Source of the DNA: Phoronis australis
Lineage: Eukaryota; Animalia; Phoronida
Reading direction: 5' to 3'
Length of the DNA: 64,000 nt
Assembly (NCBI GenBank): GCA_002633005.1
Contig: NMRA01000674.1
Span: forward strand, 1-64,000
Shown here: piece after piece, positions 61,136 to 64,000 of the stretch
How positions within the stretch are numbered: position 1 is the stretch's first letter
Layout of the letters: every line of letters begins with the position of its first letter
Notes under the pieces: generated by a model
The model's input: only the letters and a program-made list of their open reading frames with translations
Database searches by the model: none
What the model was told of the DNA's origin: nothing
Translations under genes and position numbers: made by a program

Positions 61136-61837
61136 ATGGGTGCTGCAACTTCTATTTCAATACATTTTGTTTTATGCGCAGTTTTTAGCATTGTACTTTC
61201 GAGAGCTACGATCGATATAAATTTTCATGAGTTCCAAATGGTAGCTGATCACCTCAGTAGAAGTGAATGTCGAAAGCTTTCTGAAGCTCTCCATATGACT
61301 CATTTTCAGTTAGACCACAAGCTTACAGGCGACAAGGAACCTAAGAAACCATGTATAAAGCTTTTGCTTCACTGGAACTCTCATGAAGGAATAGGGAAGA
61401 CATTCCTGGATCTAGCACTGAGACTGAGAGAAATTGGGCGTGGTGATATTGCTGATAAGCTGTCCAAAACCATCTACCACGAGGAAACCGAAGCCTTGAA
61501 TAGGGATTTTTTGAGCGACCCTTTTAAGGATGCAATCGACACTGATTCTCCAATACTGATAGAAGCTCCGACTTCATTTGTCGCTCATATTCCATCAAAT
61601 GAGTTTGGAGATAGGATTGATGAAAAAGACGGCAGATGGACAAATGCGGAAATATGGGCTCTTGCGATGGGCGCTTTGTGTTTGTTACAGATAGCCGCGT
61701 TCGTCTTTGTGATAAGTTATCCCAAATACTTATGCAAAAAAATCCATTGCTGTAAAGAAATGCAGACGTATTTCAAGGTTCATTTGCAGGGCAAGCCAAA
61801 AAGACGAGTTGGAGAAGAGAACTTACAGCTTGTCTAA
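61136..61837 (+). CDS. Type I membrane protein with a lumenal/extracellular death-domain-like fold (TMDD1/C12orf81-like), 233 aa
   Basis: Intact ORF with good Kozak (AAGATGG); hydrophobic signal (aa 1-24); ECRKL...CIKLLLHW...LALRLREIGRGDIADKLSK death-domain-like helices; TM segment IWALAMGALCLLQIAAFVFVISY; AATAAA at 61857-61862. Confidence 0.8.
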   Translation: MGAATSISIHFVLCAVFSIVLSRATIDINFHEFQMVADHLSRSECRKLSEALHMTHFQLDHKLTGDKEPKKPCIKLLLHWNSHEGIGKTFLDLALRLREIGRGDIADKLSKTIYHEETEALNRDFLSDPFKDAIDTDSPILIEAPTSFVAHIPSNEFGDRIDEKDGRWTNAEIWALAMGALCLLQIAAFVFVISYPKYLCKKIHCCKEMQTYFKVHLQGKPKRRVGEENLQLV

Positions 61838-64000
61838 AAATTGGCAACCTCAGTGAAATAAAGAAAACAACATGGGCACAAAATGAAACATCTCGATTTT
61901 TATTTGTAAATTGATCAAAATAAGAAATTGTTAAGAAACGACATCTGTCGGCATGAAAAGAAAGCAGACTAGTGCTATGAAATCATTTCTTATCAAGGAG
62001 ACTGAGCATGCAAGAAGTTTTCAAAATGAACATTCAACGACCTAGTGCCTAAAAGAACAACCCCACTTCAGAATGGAAAGATGGCGCCTTGTAAACAAGA
62101 AACCGCTCATGTATCGTGAAATCTCGAATTTCCCAATGACTCATAACCATATAATATAAGCATTGTGTGACGTCATTTGCGATCGAGGAACAGATAAACT
62201 CAAGCGCCTGTGATCTGGACCCCGAATCTCCGAACTCGAGCTCTAAAGTACAAAATGACACTAAGTGTCTTCGATTTTGTGCCCAAGTACATTGTGATTT
62301 ACGTATTGTCTAATCCAAGTTCGCAATTGATGACTCCAAAATTATAACTACACGTTTGTGAGTTGAACTTGCACTCCAAAAGCACAGACATCTTTGTTCA
62401 CGATTGCCAGTACATGCTTTTTGAGGACCTTAATCCGTTCGACAAACAGTGTGCACAAACGGTTATCAACATCATAGGCTACTTCTGACAATTACTCTGA
62501 CAGACACAGCGAACGTCGTTTCATCAACTTCTACTTCATCAATAAAGTATAACAATCTTCAAAAGAACTACTATTCTTAGAATTATTTGGGACAACTAAC
62601 GTGTTTTTTTACAGCTAGAAACAATTGGCGATATTGCTTTTGTGTAAGTTAGCCCTCAAGTTCTTCTTTCCTTCGATTCCAGTACAAGCCCGTAGAAGGC
62701 AAAAATTATTGGGGGACACAAACCAATTCGACTTCGCCAACCTACCTCCTTCCTATCACCCCCCCTCCCCCTTCTCTGGATGTCATCATATTTGTACCGA
62801 CCCCTTGCGTCCGCCATAGGTGGGTTGAGCGGTAATATCTGAGGTGCAGCCATCAGTATTTGAGTAACCGTGAACCAACAAAGTTTCACGGAGAGTATAA
62901 GAATGGGCTTACGGCCAGCATACTGACGGGTAGCTGGAATCCAACAGTGGATTCGATCAACCAGAGCTAGTCGCTGGTCAGCTCAGCTATGATTCACTTA
63001 AGGCAGTTTAGCTCGTACCCATTCCTCTGAGCTGGCTCTAAGGCCAAGATTCGTTTTATTATGATCAAGTTTCAGGAAAACTTCATTTTATCATGGCCAT
63101 TCTTTGAAGGAATTTTTTGGAAAGGTGAAGTCCCGAGGTCCCTGGTATTTTGCCTTTGTGGCCGTTTCAAAATCCCTTGATAAAACACAGCCGGTAGTCC
63201 AGTTTCTTGTGACTGGGGGAAATGATACAGAGTGTGTCCCAAAAATGTTTCCATTTCAACGCCTGGAGTTCAAATTCAGCTCCCGTGGATAACTGAGATT
63301 CTGCGCAGGCCCACTGCATGCACGGTTACACCTTATTTTTATCGTGGGTGCGTCAGTCATGACGTGCTCCGTGTGTAGTATGCACAGGAATGGAAAGCAA
63401 ATGATTCAGTTATGAAGAAAATTCATTGCGCAATACTATTGGAAACTAACAACATTAAGGAAGTGCAAAGAGAACATTTCCAAGTTGATGAGCGATGAGT
63501 TTAACTTCATCTATTTAAATACTTAAACTTCTTTTTCGATCTACAGTTTGTGAAATTAAACCGACTAATCTATTTCCTAAGTCAATAAACAATTTATTGT
63601 AATTTGAATTGTGAAATAATTTTAGGACACTTTGTAGAGCTGTCCGACATTCATTAATATCTTTGATATTTATTTCAGATAGAAAAATCAAATCGTTTAG
63701 TGTACTTTTATATTTGGAGATCTGACGATAGATCGAATTTTCCCAATATTGGCCTGCAACTAAGTTCGTTGAAGCATTGTCATTTTTTACAAGATTAGCT
63801 TCTAATTGTAAAAAAATCCTCTGTCAATCACCCCATTTTCGTAGATACATAAACATGTAATTCAGAGACTAACAATCGATAAATCCATGAGCAATGCGTT
63901 TACCTTGATTTAATGACTTAGTTAATTCCTTTTTGATCGCCTGTTAGTGCATTTAAACGACAAATCTTGTACAGAAGTCAAAAAGCAATGAATTTATTGT

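Noticed and set aside
62075-62180. YY1-like AAGATGGCG and CRE TGACGTCA promoter-like cluster
   Set aside because: No associated gene identified within the window; short motifs alone are insufficient.

Overview
Eukaryotic, AT-rich, repeat-dense animal DNA, probably a marine invertebrate (lophotrochozoan-like; inferred, not proven). There is one 387-nt N gap (20425-20811) and one single-N join (55157). Most ORFs in the supplied track are spurious. Four host genes are supported: two-exon MRPS34 (+, 9885-13533), single-coding-exon ARL4-family GTPase (-, 31829-32419), RPL38 (-, four small coding exons 46799-52317, missed by the ORF track), and an intronless signal peptide + death-domain-like + TM protein resembling TMDD1 (+, 61136-61837). 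RPL38 introns hold a cluster of snoRNA candidates: two SNORD60-like C/D paralogues, one SNORD103/85-like C/D, a long orphan structured RNA and H/ACA candidates. The rest is largely nested transposons: three TTAA-flanked Kolobok derivatives carrying convergent remnants of a THAP transposase and a P2X7-ballast-like Cys-rich ORF, Helentron-type (HINE/DINE-1-like) elements whose ~150-bp repeats each carry a CTCF-like motif, a Gypsy LTR element inserted in a LINE RNase H, an Academ-like transposase remnant, a Penelope GIY-YIG remnant and many MITEs. No prokaryotic features (CRISPR, operons) are present. All family assignments come from motif recognition by eye; no searches were run.
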